A DNA stretch of 64,000 bases from Octopus vulgaris (lineage: Eukaryota), in assembly GCA_951406725.2 (NCBI GenBank), contig OX597832.1, positions 46,562,001 through 46,626,000 on the forward strand. The letters run 5' to 3'. The position numbers and the translations under genes were made by a program. Of the stretch, positions 27,702 through 40,452 are shown piece after piece (positions within the stretch are counted from its first letter, which is position 1; each line of letters starts with the position of its first letter). The notes beneath the pieces were generated by a model. That model searched no databases. It saw only the letters and a program-made list of their open reading frames with translations, and was not told the DNA's origin.

Positions 27702-28074
27702 TCAGAGGGAACAAACAAGGACAGACAAACAGATTAAGTCGATTATATCGACCCCAGTGCGTAACTTGTACTTATTAATCGACCCCGAAAGGATGATAGC
27801 CAAAGTCGACTTCGGTGGAATTTGAACCCAGAACGTAAAGACAGACGAAATACCTTTTTTTTTTTCTACCCGCAAGTGGCTAAACACAAAGAGGACAAAC
27901 AAGGACAGACAAACAGATTAAGTCGATTATATCGACGGTAGTGCGTAGTTGGTACTTATTTAATCGACCCTGAAAGGATGAAAGGCAAAGTCGACCTCGG
28001 TGGAATTTGAACTCAGAACGTTGCAGCAGACGAAATACCGCTAAGAATTTCGCCCGGCGTGCTAACGATTCTGC
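27702..28074 (-). mobile_element. SINE family A dimer
   Basis: Two body units; junction GACGAAATAC|CT near 27853. Confidence 0.85.
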
Positions 28075-29739
28075 ACATATCTATCTATCGCACTCTTCCT
28101 GTTTATCTTTGTATATATCTATGTGTTCGTAACTATGTATGTGTGTGTATGTATGTAGTTAGGTACGTGGGTGTGTATGTATGTATATATATCAAAGCTA
28201 ATTAAGATGCAATATAGTGGACAGTACATAGAAGAGAATGTATGTGTGAGTGTACGTGTGCGTGTAGAAATAAGTGAAATGTAAAGAGTTAACCTCGAAG
28301 TATTTGTAGCATTTGTAAGTTGCAAAGTAGTCAAGTTTATGTACCTATGTGAAGAATTTTTTCATTTCTAACACTATGGCTTCTATAATAAAGTAACAAT
28401 AGAATAAAAAAACCCTATTCGGTCATTTTTATTTTCTATTTGTCTATAGTTTCTCCCCACCACCACCACCACCACCACCACCACTACCAATTTTTTTTTT
28501 TTTTTTTAAAGAATCTATGTCTTTTTGTATATAATTCTGAGCGGTCAATAAAATATTCATAAATTCTTGACTTGAAATCTAAGTTAATCTCATAAATATC
28601 AAATCAAAAGATGAGATTCTTAATGGAAACAGAGAATAAAAATCGAACAATGACAGTAAACACAACTAGGAGGAATTGAATATTGTTTCTAAGATGTGTG
28701 ATGTTAGATAGAGCGAAAAGGTGAAAGTAGCAATAAGATGCCAATACAGTCTGCCTTATCCGATTTTTAGTAGGCCTAAGTATTCTAGTATCAAACGACT
28801 TCTGAAGCAATAGTTCTTTTTATCTATATACCTTTCATGTATAAATATATGTAATTATGATTATATTTTTTTCCCCGTTATCGATGTATTAAACGTCACC
28901 TAAATAATATTGTTAAAGAACTGTTCAGTAATAACAATAGTGGCTGAAGTTTTTAAGTAGGTCGGAGTCAAAGAATATTCGAAATGTAAAGTGGTTGTTA
29001 GTGCCTGCACATCCGGAACAAACAAGATGTAAAAGGGGGGGACGGGATATGTTGGTAACATATATAATATGGACAGATATTAACCAGACCATCCCAGGAA
29101 GCTTCCGTCTATATAAGCGTGCGAGTTGAATTCTAACGAAATGTTTGAGATTATCCCGATAAGTAAGAGAATTAGGTCCAATAAGATCAACAGACAGAGA
29201 CTTTTTTTTTAACACTATAGACAAATCAGATTCGGGTGGCGCTCGTATTCAAGGCCTTTTTTATCAAAACAATCGACATGTTTTCATCTTATGGATCCTT
29301 TTCAGTGAAGCGTACTCTAACATAAACAAGGAATACGTTAAGAATACAAGAGGGAACCTTCGAGCTAATGAATTGGTGTATTTGTGACTGTCAATTGATT
29401 TTAATTTTGTCACTTCCAATCTACGCCAACATTTTACACCAAAAAGCCCGTTCATGAATTTAGGCCCAAATCCACCAAGGAAGCGCCTATGCTATCTTTA
29501 CCAACAAATACTGCCAGATATATATATTCCTAAATTACACAATACCCTTTGAAAAAGAATAGAAGTGACACATTGGTTAAAGATGTGTTATATAAAACTA
29601 AAATACTTGTTAGTCTTACTTCCTCCCGCTCTCCATTTCATATACGTTGTCCACAGGGCCCCACTTAGTATGGTCTTAAACCTTGCCATAACCTTACTCC
29701 CAGGTTAGGTACTTCCAGGCTAGATCCTCACCCACCATT

Positions 29740-30030
29740 AACCACCAAATACTAAGAGGTCAGCCTCGATTCTTAAGCACCATGTCTGGCTTCCGCTCTC
29801 TCGTGTAAAAGTCTGGAACCATAGGAATGAAGAGCTGATCTGTCTTTTCACCCATATGTCGATCGGCATACGCTGTCTTACGGCGATAGTAGCCTGTGAG
29901 TTGCTCAGCCTAACCCTTTTCTTTATATTTTCATTCGTGATGTAGTCGTGATTAAGGGAAAATAAATAAATGCTGACCTTTTCCTGCGTCTCACAGGCAT
30001 ATGTCATTCTCAGCTTGACGAGGGATGTAT
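29740..30030 (-). pseudogene. Possible RTE-group LINE ORF2 C-terminal relic
   Basis: TSLVKLRMTYACET...DYITNENIKKR...TWCLRIEADL resembles the LTY.CETW, D.ITNE.I and TW...I..DL pattern of RTE ORF2. Confidence 0.4.
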
Positions 30031-31099
30031 TCGGGTGAAGTTAGGGGATTCAGTTCGGGAAACGGTGAACCATACAGATCACAGGCAGCGGCAGTGAGCT
30101 GCAGTTTGTCGCGCTTCTTCATTTATCGATATAGTATAGTTTGCCTTCGAAGTTTCTCTTGTATTTCGATATGAGCTGTAACAAAGACCATAAAGAAATA
30201 CATGTCGAAAAGAAAAAATAGCCTTCACAAAATTCGAAACGATTACCATTTGTTTCAGAAACATAAGTTTATGATTTTTCTAACCTCTGATGGTTAGTTG
30301 AGAAACTTAATTCGTTAAATTAAAAATAATGTTTAATCAATCGAAATTATAGCCGTTATATGATGCCTGCTTATGAGCTTCAATAAAAATTGCTGTGAAA
30401 AGAAGAAATAGATACAGAACTCTTGTAAAATATAAAAAATATAGAAGGCTTTGATCATAGAATTGCATGATCGGATTGTGAGGCTTAACAACAGTTTAAG
30501 GCGCTAACATTTTACTGCAAGTTTCTCTATTGAATTTGACTCGAGTAAAATCGAAATGGACTTTCTAACTCTTACACATATTTAACGGTTATGTTCGATT
30601 ATACACGTAAAATTTCAATTTTATGAGGGATAGTTAAATGAAATTATACAAAGTTCATACGTTTCATATTATAAGATTTAAACTAATAATTGTTCAATAA
30701 CATTCTGGTTTGATCTTAGATAACTGCCTCGGTGAGCATAACTATTCAACGACGATCTTTAACTGGTATCTTGTGTAAAACAAGATAATAAAAATACATT
30801 AGGATGTAAAAGTCATACGAGTAACTGAAACATCTAGCCTATGGTTATATTTGCTTTTCATGCACATGTGAAGGCGATATAAAAAAGAAAAACTACGTAT
30901 GTCATAATATTGATGACAGTAATATGATGGAGATATATGGGCGGCATATTACGGTGATTCGGTGCTTTATAAAACAAAATATATATTTGACTAGCAATAA
31001 ATCACTGAACATACCGATAAAAGTGTAAAAAATATAACTGAAGATAGTATAAGAAGTGTATCGGATATGTGTGAGTGCGTGTATACATATATGAGCGTG

Positions 31100-31189
<90 letters not shown>

Positions 31190-31191
31190 GT

Positions 31192-31497
31192 GGAGGGGCG
31201 TGGCCTAGTGGTTAGAGCAGCGGACTAGCGGTCGAGGGATCGCGGGTTCGAATCTCAGACCGGGCGATGTGTGTGTTTATGAGTGAAACACCTAAGCTCC
31301 ACGCGGCTCCGGCAGAAGGTAATGGCAACCTCTGCTGACTCTTTCGCCACAACTTTCTCTCACTCTTTCCTCCTGTATCTTGCAGCTCACCTGCGACGGA
31401 CCGGCGTCCCGTCCAGGTGGGGAACCTATGCGCCAAGGATACCTGGAAACCGGCCCTTATGAACCAGACATGGCTCGAGAAGGAACAAACAAACAAC
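31192..31497 (+). mobile_element. SINE with B-type head and tail X
   Basis: TGGCCTAGTGGTTAG A box, GGTTCGAATC B box, B body, then GCGACGGACCGGCGTCCCGTCCAGG...GGAAACCGGCCCTTATGA and (AAAC)n. Confidence 0.85.
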
Positions 31498-31739
31498 AAT
31501 ATATGTGCGTCTGTGTGTCTATATATATAAACACATACAAACTATATATTCAGCTTTATCATTATTCGTATTTTATTAACCATTGCCTAAAAACTTTCGT
31601 CACGCAACCTGTGGCCTCTTCAGCGACTCTCCATTCCTCGTGTCTCCTCCTCTTCTGTTTGGTCCTTTCTGTATTTCTATGACGTATCTGTGCATACGTT
31701 TGTATGTCTATCTGTGTGTATGTGTTTCTAAGGGTATTG

Positions 31740-31856
31740 TGAGTGTGTGTGTGTGTGTGTGTTTGTGTGTTTGTTCCCCAGTATTGCTTGACAGCCGATG
31801 CTGGTGCGTTTACGTACCCATAACTTAGCGGTTCGGTAAATGAGACCGATAGAATA
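31740..31856 (+). mobile_element. SINE family C fragment
   Basis: (TG)n...GCTTGACAGCCGATGCTGGTG...GAGACCGATAGAATA. Confidence 0.7.
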
Positions 31857-32290
31857 TGCGCGTGTCTATGTGCTTTGCATGTGTTTTGCGTGAGTGTATA
31901 TGAACTTGCTTACTATGCTGTTTGTACCGGTGTCTTTTATTTATTTTTAAACTTTTATATTCTTTTTTCTTTTTTTCATTTCGTTAATTTCTATTTAGTA
32001 TGTGTATGTTTGACTTGTGTGTGGGAATATGGGTTTATGTATTACAAGGTTTGAATATGTGTCTATTGTTCTCATTCTTTCATTTCGTCTTCAGCTGTCA
32101 TGTGGTGTAGTATGTTAGTGATCTATTAATGAATAGAACAATGGTGACTCGAGGGACTAGAGTTTCCTTTATGACACAACGTTGTGTGTTAAGTGTCATG
32201 CAGAAAACGCGTTGCCCTTGGAACAGTTTTAAATTCTCTCCCGCTTAAAATCTGCTCACACACACACAAACACACACACACACATACACC

Positions 32291-32322
<32 letters not shown>

Positions 32323-32779
32323 CACCCACACACACACACATACACACAATACACACATACACACACTCATGCATGCATACCTACATACCTACATACATAC
32401 AGACAGACAGATAGGCAGGCAAGTACACAGCGTCATTCACAAGCACACACTGAAATATAACGTTTTTATAAACACCAGTTATTTCACAAATTAACTAGAC
32501 TTATGGGTTGTATATATCTAATTGCATTTACCATAATATTATGAAATACTTCTTGACAGGCTAATGGACGTACAGTAAATATCAATAATCACTACTTACG
32601 TTGATGCTAAATTTTATGATCAAAATTTATACACCTCCTTAAGTATCAAAGTATGATTGGTATAACTATAAAATGCTTCGATTATGTGAATACCAATATT
32701 TGTAGTCTCAATGATGGCTGTCGTGACAACACCAACTTACACAGAAACACACATGTTTAGAAATATATGACTATCTATG

Positions 32780-33012
32780 TGTGTGTTTGTGTGTGTGTGT
32801 GTATTTTTGTGTGTCTGTGTTTGTCACCCTACCATCGCATGACAACCGATGTTGGTGTGTTTTCGTCCCCGTAACGTAGCAATTCGGCAAAAGAAAACCG
32901 ATGGAATAAGTACTAGGCTTACAAAGAATAAGTTGTGGGGTAGATTTGTTCGACTAACGGCGGTGCTCCAACATGGCCGCAGTCAATGACTGACAAGAGT
33001 TAAAGAATAAAA
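32780..33012 (+). mobile_element. SINE family C, 3' half
   Basis: GACAACCGATGTTGGTG...GGCGGTGCTCCAACATGGCCGCAGTC. Confidence 0.85.
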
Positions 33013-33282
33013 GATCGACCATCAGATGTTGTTACACATCGCTGGTCACAATGCGTTCGCATTGTTTTAACCTTCGAATGACGCCACCCCGCTGGCTAAG
33101 CGAGCAGGCCAATATATATATATATATATATACATACATATAGGTTATGAGAGGTAATGGTGTCAATAAGACCCAGAGGTGTCAGGTAATGCTGAGTAAG
33201 TGCTATGCACAGACCAGAGATAAGCTTCCAGGTTCGGTGATTATGCAAATAAGGAGTCCAACGTAAGTCATATATCAGCATG

Positions 33283-33541
33283 TATATATATATAATTTTT
33301 TTGTGAATGAGGTAAAAATCCAAGGCCGTGAAACATTTTAGAACATTTATAAATAGAAGGTCTTACAGCTGTTTCCGGGATATTTTATATAAACCCTTCA
33401 TCGGAGACTTCTCACACATTCTCAAATGAAGGGATATATAAAATATCTCGGAAATAGCTGTAAGACTTATTTATAAATGTTCTAAAATATTTCAAGGCTT
33501 GGATCTTTATCACATTCTGAAAAAAAATTATATATATATAT
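33283..33541. repeat. Fold-back inverted repeat (arms about 120 bp) flanked by (TA)n
   Basis: 33283-33401 is the imperfect reverse complement of 33426-33541. Confidence 0.9.
33356..33411 (-). ncRNA. Type I hammerhead ribozyme-like motif (U4C variant, GUA site)
   Basis: Minus strand GTCT-CCGATGA-A-GGG...CCC-G-GAA-ACAGCTGT-A-AGAC: stem I GTCT/AGAC, palindromic stem III ACAGCTGT. Confidence 0.55.
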
Positions 33542-33958
33542 ACTCTTTTACTCTTTTACTTGTTTCAGTAATTTGACTGTAGCCATGCTGGAGCACCGAC
33601 TTTAGTCGAGCAAATCGACCCCAGGACTTATTCTTTGTAAGCCTAGTTCTTATTCTTTCGTTTTTTTTTGCGGAACCGCTGAGTTCCGGGGACGTAAACA
33701 CACCAGCATCGGTTGTCAAGCCATGCTGGAGGGACAAACACAGACACACAAATATATACACACACATACACACACATACATATATACATATATACGACCG
33801 GCTTCTTTCAGTTTCCGTCTACCAAATCCACTCACAAGGCTTTGGTCGGCCCGAGGCTATAGTAGAAGACAGTTGCCAAAGGTGCTACGCAGTGGGACTG
33901 AACCCGGAACCATGTGCTTCGTAAGGAAGCTACTTACCACACAGCCACTCCTACGCCT
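33542..33958 (-). mobile_element. SINE family C, full length
   Basis: Consensus match. Confidence 0.92.
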
Positions 33959-34514
33959 ATATAAATATACATTGTGATGATTTTTAGTGTATGGTATCGA
34001 CAGTGTGGAGGGATTTTCCTTTTGTTGAGAGGAATAAAACATCATGAGCGAAATGACAAATGGTTTTAAATGCCAACTGTAAAATATTCTCGCCTCAATT
34101 TATTTCAGATAGTCGAGATTGTTACGTAACCCCAACTGACAATGCAATGAAATTATTTATGTTATTTCTATCGTAGTGTTGCAGAAGGGAGCGAGATAAA
34201 TGTATCCATTGTGATTCCCAATGTTTAAGGTGATGCTAGATAATACCGTAAAATATCTGACATGCATCCGAAACTCTATTTTCAAAATCATAATTTTCTG
34301 AACATTGAATAATACTTTTCTACATATGACATTTATTACTTGTTAACATTCATCATATTTTTATGCGATTATTACACGAGGAATATTTATTAGCAATTGG
34401 GTGGTTCAAATCTCCATTCTTAGATATAGTTAGTGGTTGTTTAAGAAACAACTACACTGTTATATTTATGAACTGATAGACAAGCCTGAGAAACTAGGAG
34501 GTCCTGTTTCTTAT

Positions 34515-35112
34515 ATCTTTATTGCACACAAGGGGCTCAACATAGAGGGGACAAGCAAAGGATAGACAAAGGGATTAAGTCGATTACATCGACCGTAGTG
34601 CGTGTCTGGTACTTAATTAATCGACCCCGAAAGGATGAAAGGCAAAGGCGTCCTCGGCGGAATTTGAACTCAAAACGTAACGGCAGACGAAATACCTATT
34701 TCTTTACTACCCACAAAGAGCTAAACATAGAGTGGACAAACAAGGACAGACAAAGGGATTAAGTCGACTATATCGACCACAGTGCGTAACTGGTACTTAT
34801 TTAATCGACTCCGAAAGTATGAAAGGCAAAGTCGACCTCGCCGGAATTTGAACTCAGAACGTAGCGGCAGGCGAAATACCTATTTCTTTACTACCCACAA
34901 GGGGATAAACACAGAGAGGACAAACAAGGACAGACAAACGGATTAAGTCGATTACATCGACCCCAGTGCGTAACGGCTACTTAATTTTATCGAGCCCGAA
35001 AGAATGAAAGGCAAAGTCGACCTCGGCTGAATTTGAACTCAGAACGTAGCGGCAGACGAAGTACTGCTAAGCATTTCGCCCGGCGTGCTAAGGATTCTGC
35101 CAGCTCGCCACC
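34515..35112 (-). mobile_element. SINE family A trimer
   Basis: Three body units, junctions GAAATAC|CTATTTC at about 34695 and 34879; 21-bp TSD CCTGAGAAACTAG(G/C)AGGTCCT at 34485-34505 and 35168-35188. Confidence 0.93.
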
Positions 35113-35486
35113 TTGAGGTCCTGCCAGCTCGTCACCCTGAGGTCCTGCGAGCTCGCCGTCTTCAGGACCTGAGAAACTAGCAGGTCCTTTTTATCTGCTG
35201 GGCCCTCCATCGTGTGTCAAGTTGAAATTTAACAGGTCATGCTAATTAAAGCAGTCATTGGTACCTATTTTCAAAACTATGCTCTTAGCTTCAGTTCCAG
35301 ATTAATATACGACAGGCAACATAAACGTAGAACCGAAGTAAAGCTGAAACCACGAATTATACACTTTTACTCTAACGTTCGTGACTGGTGTTATAACATT
35401 CTTCTGTCTGGTCACTATAACGTTGCATAGAACATATTTATAGATTTATAGCCAGATATGCATGTTAGGGCAAATATAAACTTTAT

Positions 35487-36090
35487 ACTCTTCACTCTCT
35501 ACTCTTTTACTTGTTTCAGTCATTTGACTGCGGCCATGCTGGAGCACCGCCTTTAATCGAGCAACTCGACCCCGGGACTTATTCTTTTTGTAAGCCTAGT
35601 ACTTATTCTATCGGTCTCTTTTGCCGAACCGCTAAGTGACGGGGCCATAAACACACCAGCATCGGTTGTCAAGCAATGCTAGGGGGACAAACACAGACAC
35701 ACAAGCTCACACACGCATATATATATATTTTTGAGTAGTTGAATGAATTATCTTGTTATGGATAATTCGGTTAACCGATACCTAGGTAGCAAATTCACAT
35801 CAGAGAAGACACGTTTGAAGTTACGTGCTTTCGTGTGGAAATTTGTTTTTTTTTTTTTAATTATAAATATATGAAAGAATGGAGTTGAACGATGAATTAA
35901 CAAAATTCCTTTATATATATATACATATATACGACGGGCTTCTTTCAGTTTCCGTCTACCAAATCCACTCACAAGGCTTTGGTCGGCCCGAGGCTATAGT
36001 AGAAGTCACTTGACCAAGATGCCACGCAGTGGGACTGAACCCGGAACCATGTGGTTGGTAAACAAGCTACTTACCACACAGCCACTCCTG
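35487..36090 (-). mobile_element. SINE family C with a roughly 185-bp insert in its microsatellite
   Basis: Tail 35487-35727, insert 35728-35912, head 35930-36090. Confidence 0.88.
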
Positions 36091-36095
36091 TATAT

Positions 36096-36247
36096 ACTCT
36101 TTTACTCTTTTACTCTTTTACTTGTTTCAGTCATGTGACTGTGGCCATGCTGGAGCACCGCCTTTAATCGAGCAAATCGACCCCAGGACTCATTGTTTGT
36201 AAGCCTGGTACTTATTCTAACGGTCTCTTTTGCCGAACCGCTAATTT
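36096..36247 (-). mobile_element. SINE family C tail fragment
   Basis: (TACTCTTT)n TGTTTCAGTCA...GCCGAACCGCTAA. Confidence 0.85.
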
Positions 36248-37034
36248 ACGTATATATATACGTATATGTTTATATTTAATAATATCGTGGGCAAAAAATA
36301 AGAAAAGACAAGTGACGTGCAACACGTTTCTGTTCGACAGCTGTGTGTATTTCTTATCTATCCACGAACACAATTCTCTTAAACCCACCGGTATTAGAGG
36401 CTAAAGTAAATGGAATGGAAAAAAATTAGCATATTTAATACTCTCATTGCAACCACTTGGAATATTAAACTGTTGTATATTGTTTCGCTGCTAGAGTATA
36501 CGGTTGAACATAACTATAGATGTTTAACCAACAACATATATCGCAAAGAATCTAGCATTATATTTATACGTTTACATAAGTCACTGATGTCAGCCGCTTC
36601 AGAAGAAGTTTTAATATGCCAGGAAGGTGCACAGTTGCTGACAAAATTTCAAATAGAGTTGAAACACGCGTCATGTACAGATACGTCTTATTTTTTTCCT
36701 ATCCACAGCGATATTGTGTGTGTAGACGTAATGTCTGCATTCATCATAGCATACAGTGTTGACTAAAAATCAATAGATACATTATACATTAAATTATAGC
36801 AACTTTACTGTATCAGTACAACTTACTCTATACTTGACCAAAATTGGGTTAACAATTTGAAAACTTACCGTCTCTAAGTGTTGATTTATTTTGAAAGGAA
36901 AGCATACAATAAGATGTACTAGAAGACACACGCGAGAATTATTCGTGGAATAACAGAAACAAAACAAAGATGTAAACAAATTTATGATTAGTTCGATTCT
37001 TGGTATATCATAACATAGAATGATTAACAGTTTG

Positions 37035-37462
37035 GGATCTTTTCGGTTTGAACGGTATTTTTTAAAAATAATTTCCACGTAACTAATCACTTTTAAACTT
37101 CGTATATTGGTAGAATGTGTTTACAAAACATCTTTTTCTCTTGGCTTTCTTGAGAAAAGTCTGTAGTTTGTAAGATATTTGTTGTTTGTGTCTTCAATTT
37201 CTGCAATTTCAACCAATCAATGACGTCTATTGAGGTTGAAAGCATTCTGTGCCGTATGAATATGTCCCTCGTTTAAGAAACAGATTGGATTTATTAACAT
37301 TTGTGAAGAAAGAAAGACACCCTTCCCCCACCCCTAACCCTAACCCTAACCCTAATCCTAAAATAAATTGAAATGCAATAGATCGATACTAGGGTCATAA
37401 TTATGGGTGACAATTTCATATGACACCGCTAGAAAAAACTGCCGTTCAAACCGAAAAGATCC
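37035..37462 (+). mobile_element. MITE with GG-ended TIRs and 8-bp TSD (possibly Merlin-type)
   Basis: TIR GGATCTTTTCGGTTTGAACGG / CCGTTCAAACCGAAAAGATCC; perfect TSD ACAGTTTG at 37027-37034 and 37463-37470; internal (CCCTAA)n. Confidence 0.9.
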
Positions 37463-38038
37463 ACAGTTTGTAACACGGCATTAAAAACTGTGTGATCAAC
37501 AAAATATGAGTGACATTTCACTCGTTAATGGATTATCCCGAGTTTACTCGTGCATCGCAAATGTATCTTTTTAGAACTAGACGAGTATACATGGTCAAAA
37601 TGAATTTTTAATTTTTAGCACTCAAACGAGTTTATTTGTCTTGTGTTGTGTCATTTTTGAGCAATCACGAATTTACTCGCGTTGTTTAAAAAAAAATAGG
37701 TATTTTTTTTTTATTTGATGGTTTTGGCTTATGTTTTGGAATGCTTATGTTTTGTATAAAGCATCTTTGGAAACTTCAGTTTCTGCTATGAAACCGCTGA
37801 AATTTGGAATGCAAATAATCACCAAGATTATTAAAAAATATTGGCCCTAATAGCCTCCCACGAAACTAGGAATACCACCATCTTATGATCACTTTTCTTT
37901 TATGTGTATTAGAACTGTTGGTGATATGTTGCATTTTATTGAATCTATACTACACCTGAGCTATATCTAACAACCATTCTGACAGAGTTGCCCATGAAAG
38001 TCAATAACGGGGTGGACCTTTGAACTAATATCGTTCAT

Positions 38039-38110
38039 AGGCGCAGGAGTGGCTGTGTGGTAAGTGGCTGTGTGTTAAGTAGCTTGCTTACCAACCACAT
38101 GGTTCCGGGT
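38039..38110 (+). mobile_element. SINE family C head fragment
   Basis: AGGCGCAGGAGTGGCTGTGTGG...CCACATGGTTCCGGGT, with a small internal duplication. Confidence 0.8.
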
Positions 38111-38126
38111 ATATGATGAGAAAATA

Positions 38127-38338
38127 TTACTCTCTTCTTACTCTCTTACTTGTTTCAGTCATATGACTGCGGCCATGCTAGAGCACCGCCTTTAGTCGAG
38201 CAAATCGACCCCAGGACTTATTCATTGTAAGCCTAGTACTGATTCTATCGGTCTCTTTAGCCGAACCGCTAAGTTACGGGGACGTAAACACACCACCATC
38301 TGTTGTCAAGCGATGTTGGGGGGACAAACACAGACACA

Positions 38339-38430
<92 letters not shown>

Positions 38431-38595
38431 TACGACGGGCTTTTTCAGTTTCGGTCTACCAAATCCACTCACAAGGCTTTGGTCGGCCCGAGGCTATAGT
38501 GGAAGACACTTGCCCAAGGTGCCATGCAATGGGAATCAACCCGTAACCATGTGGCTGGTAAGCAAGCTACTGACCACAGGGCCACTCCTGCGCCT
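38127..38595 (-). mobile_element. SINE family C, full length
   Basis: Consensus match with internal (CA)n(TA)n. Confidence 0.92.
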
Positions 38596-39089
38596 AGAAA
38601 TTGCATTACATTAGAAGTTATATCAAATTAGAAATTGCAGACACATTTCCCTCAAATAACATAAAAACCGCTTTAAATATGGACGATATCGAATGCGCCG
38701 AATAACGGAGCTTCCAGCTGCAGTGTTAGGCATAGGCATCGATTGGTGAATAAGAAGGTTGCATTAGGATGACGGGGTTTTGTATTCAACCACGCTGGCA
38801 GCAAGGTAGCCAAGGGCTTTCCGTTATAGCCTGGAGCCGACTAATGCCTTGTAATTTGAATTAATGACTATAATTACATACACATATGCGTATATATAAT
38901 TTTGTTACTTTTTGTCGCTGACAGTTTTACAGCGGGTGTTGGTTTGTTTACGTCTCAGTTACTTATTAGAACGGCAAATTTTATCGAGAGTGTCATTTTA
39001 AAGATTAGTAGGAGTGATTCGAACGGTTAGACTTTTGAAAGATGTACACCTGCATGGTCGCTCTCCAATATCGGAAACGACTGGATGAA

Positions 39090-39145
39090 TAGACATATAC
39101 ATATATGTGTGTGTGTGTGAGTGAGTGTGTATATACAGGCATAAT

Positions 39146-39183
<38 letters not shown>

Positions 39184-39223
39184 TATATATAGAGAGATGT
39201 AGATATATACATGCACATACATA

Positions 39224-39271
<48 letters not shown>

Positions 39272-39279
39272 CATCCATC

Positions 39280-39321
<42 letters not shown>

Positions 39322-39497
39322 CATATATATATAAATATATATACACATCTATATATATATATATACATGCATATATATATATATTTATATACATACATAT
39401 ATATATATACATATATATACATATATATATACATCTATATATATATATACATGCATATATATGTATATATATATACACATGCATATTTATATATACA

Positions 39498-39561
<64 letters not shown>

Positions 39562-39590
39562 CTGAGAGAGAGAAAGAGAGAGAGAGCATT
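39090..39590. repeat. Compound microsatellite tract
   Basis: Read directly. Confidence 0.9.
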
Positions 39591-40452
39591 TATCTATGTT
39601 TATATATCTACTACGTTACTGGTTCACAACCATCAAATATAAATTGGTAAAATCGAACTGAACCGTTTCCATTAGATTATGTGTAATTCTGTCACGTATT
39701 TCATTGTTCCAGTGGTCGGGACTCTATCGCCAAGCGACAAGTAATTTCATATGAACTTCGTCTCCTGTTACACGGCTTCACTTAACATATTCTTACTGAC
39801 GACCATTAAATAAATTGATATTTAAATGAAATCAATCATGTAATAAGAGTTACATTACAAAATAAAGTGCCATAACAGACTGTCAGGTACATTAAAATAA
39901 AATCAACTTGTTGAACTTCTGTTATAGCGGAAAGCAGGAGATTGTACTGTAGGCGAAATATCTCGCGGAGAGCTCTGACTGGAAATTGATCGTAGCCGTT
40001 GAAAATAGTTGATTTCGAATCCCCCTAGTGGTCATATTTTACATAAGTGATTCAATAAAACAATTACAGAAACGAGTTCCATGTTGCGATGTTTCACGCA
40101 CTAACAAGAATTAAAAGGTTATGGAGGGTACGTACCACAGAGAAATACGCTAGGAATAATTCAGAGGTTAGATGAATTTCAATTACAATAAAAATATTAT
40201 ATATATATATATAAATCATGTGTGCGAATACACACACACACACGTATATTTTTATACGTATGTATGTATGTATAATGTATATATATATATAAGTGTGTAC
40301 GTATGTATATGTGGACATGTTATACATATATACGTATATATGTCTGTTTGTGCATGTGAATGTATATATATATCATATATTATATGCGTAAATATATGAA
40401 TATATATATGTATATGTATATTATACATATTATATATGTATATATGAATAGT

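Noticed and set aside
37332-37361. True telomere or chromosome-fusion scar
   Set aside because: Short tract inside a MITE bounded by TIRs and a TSD
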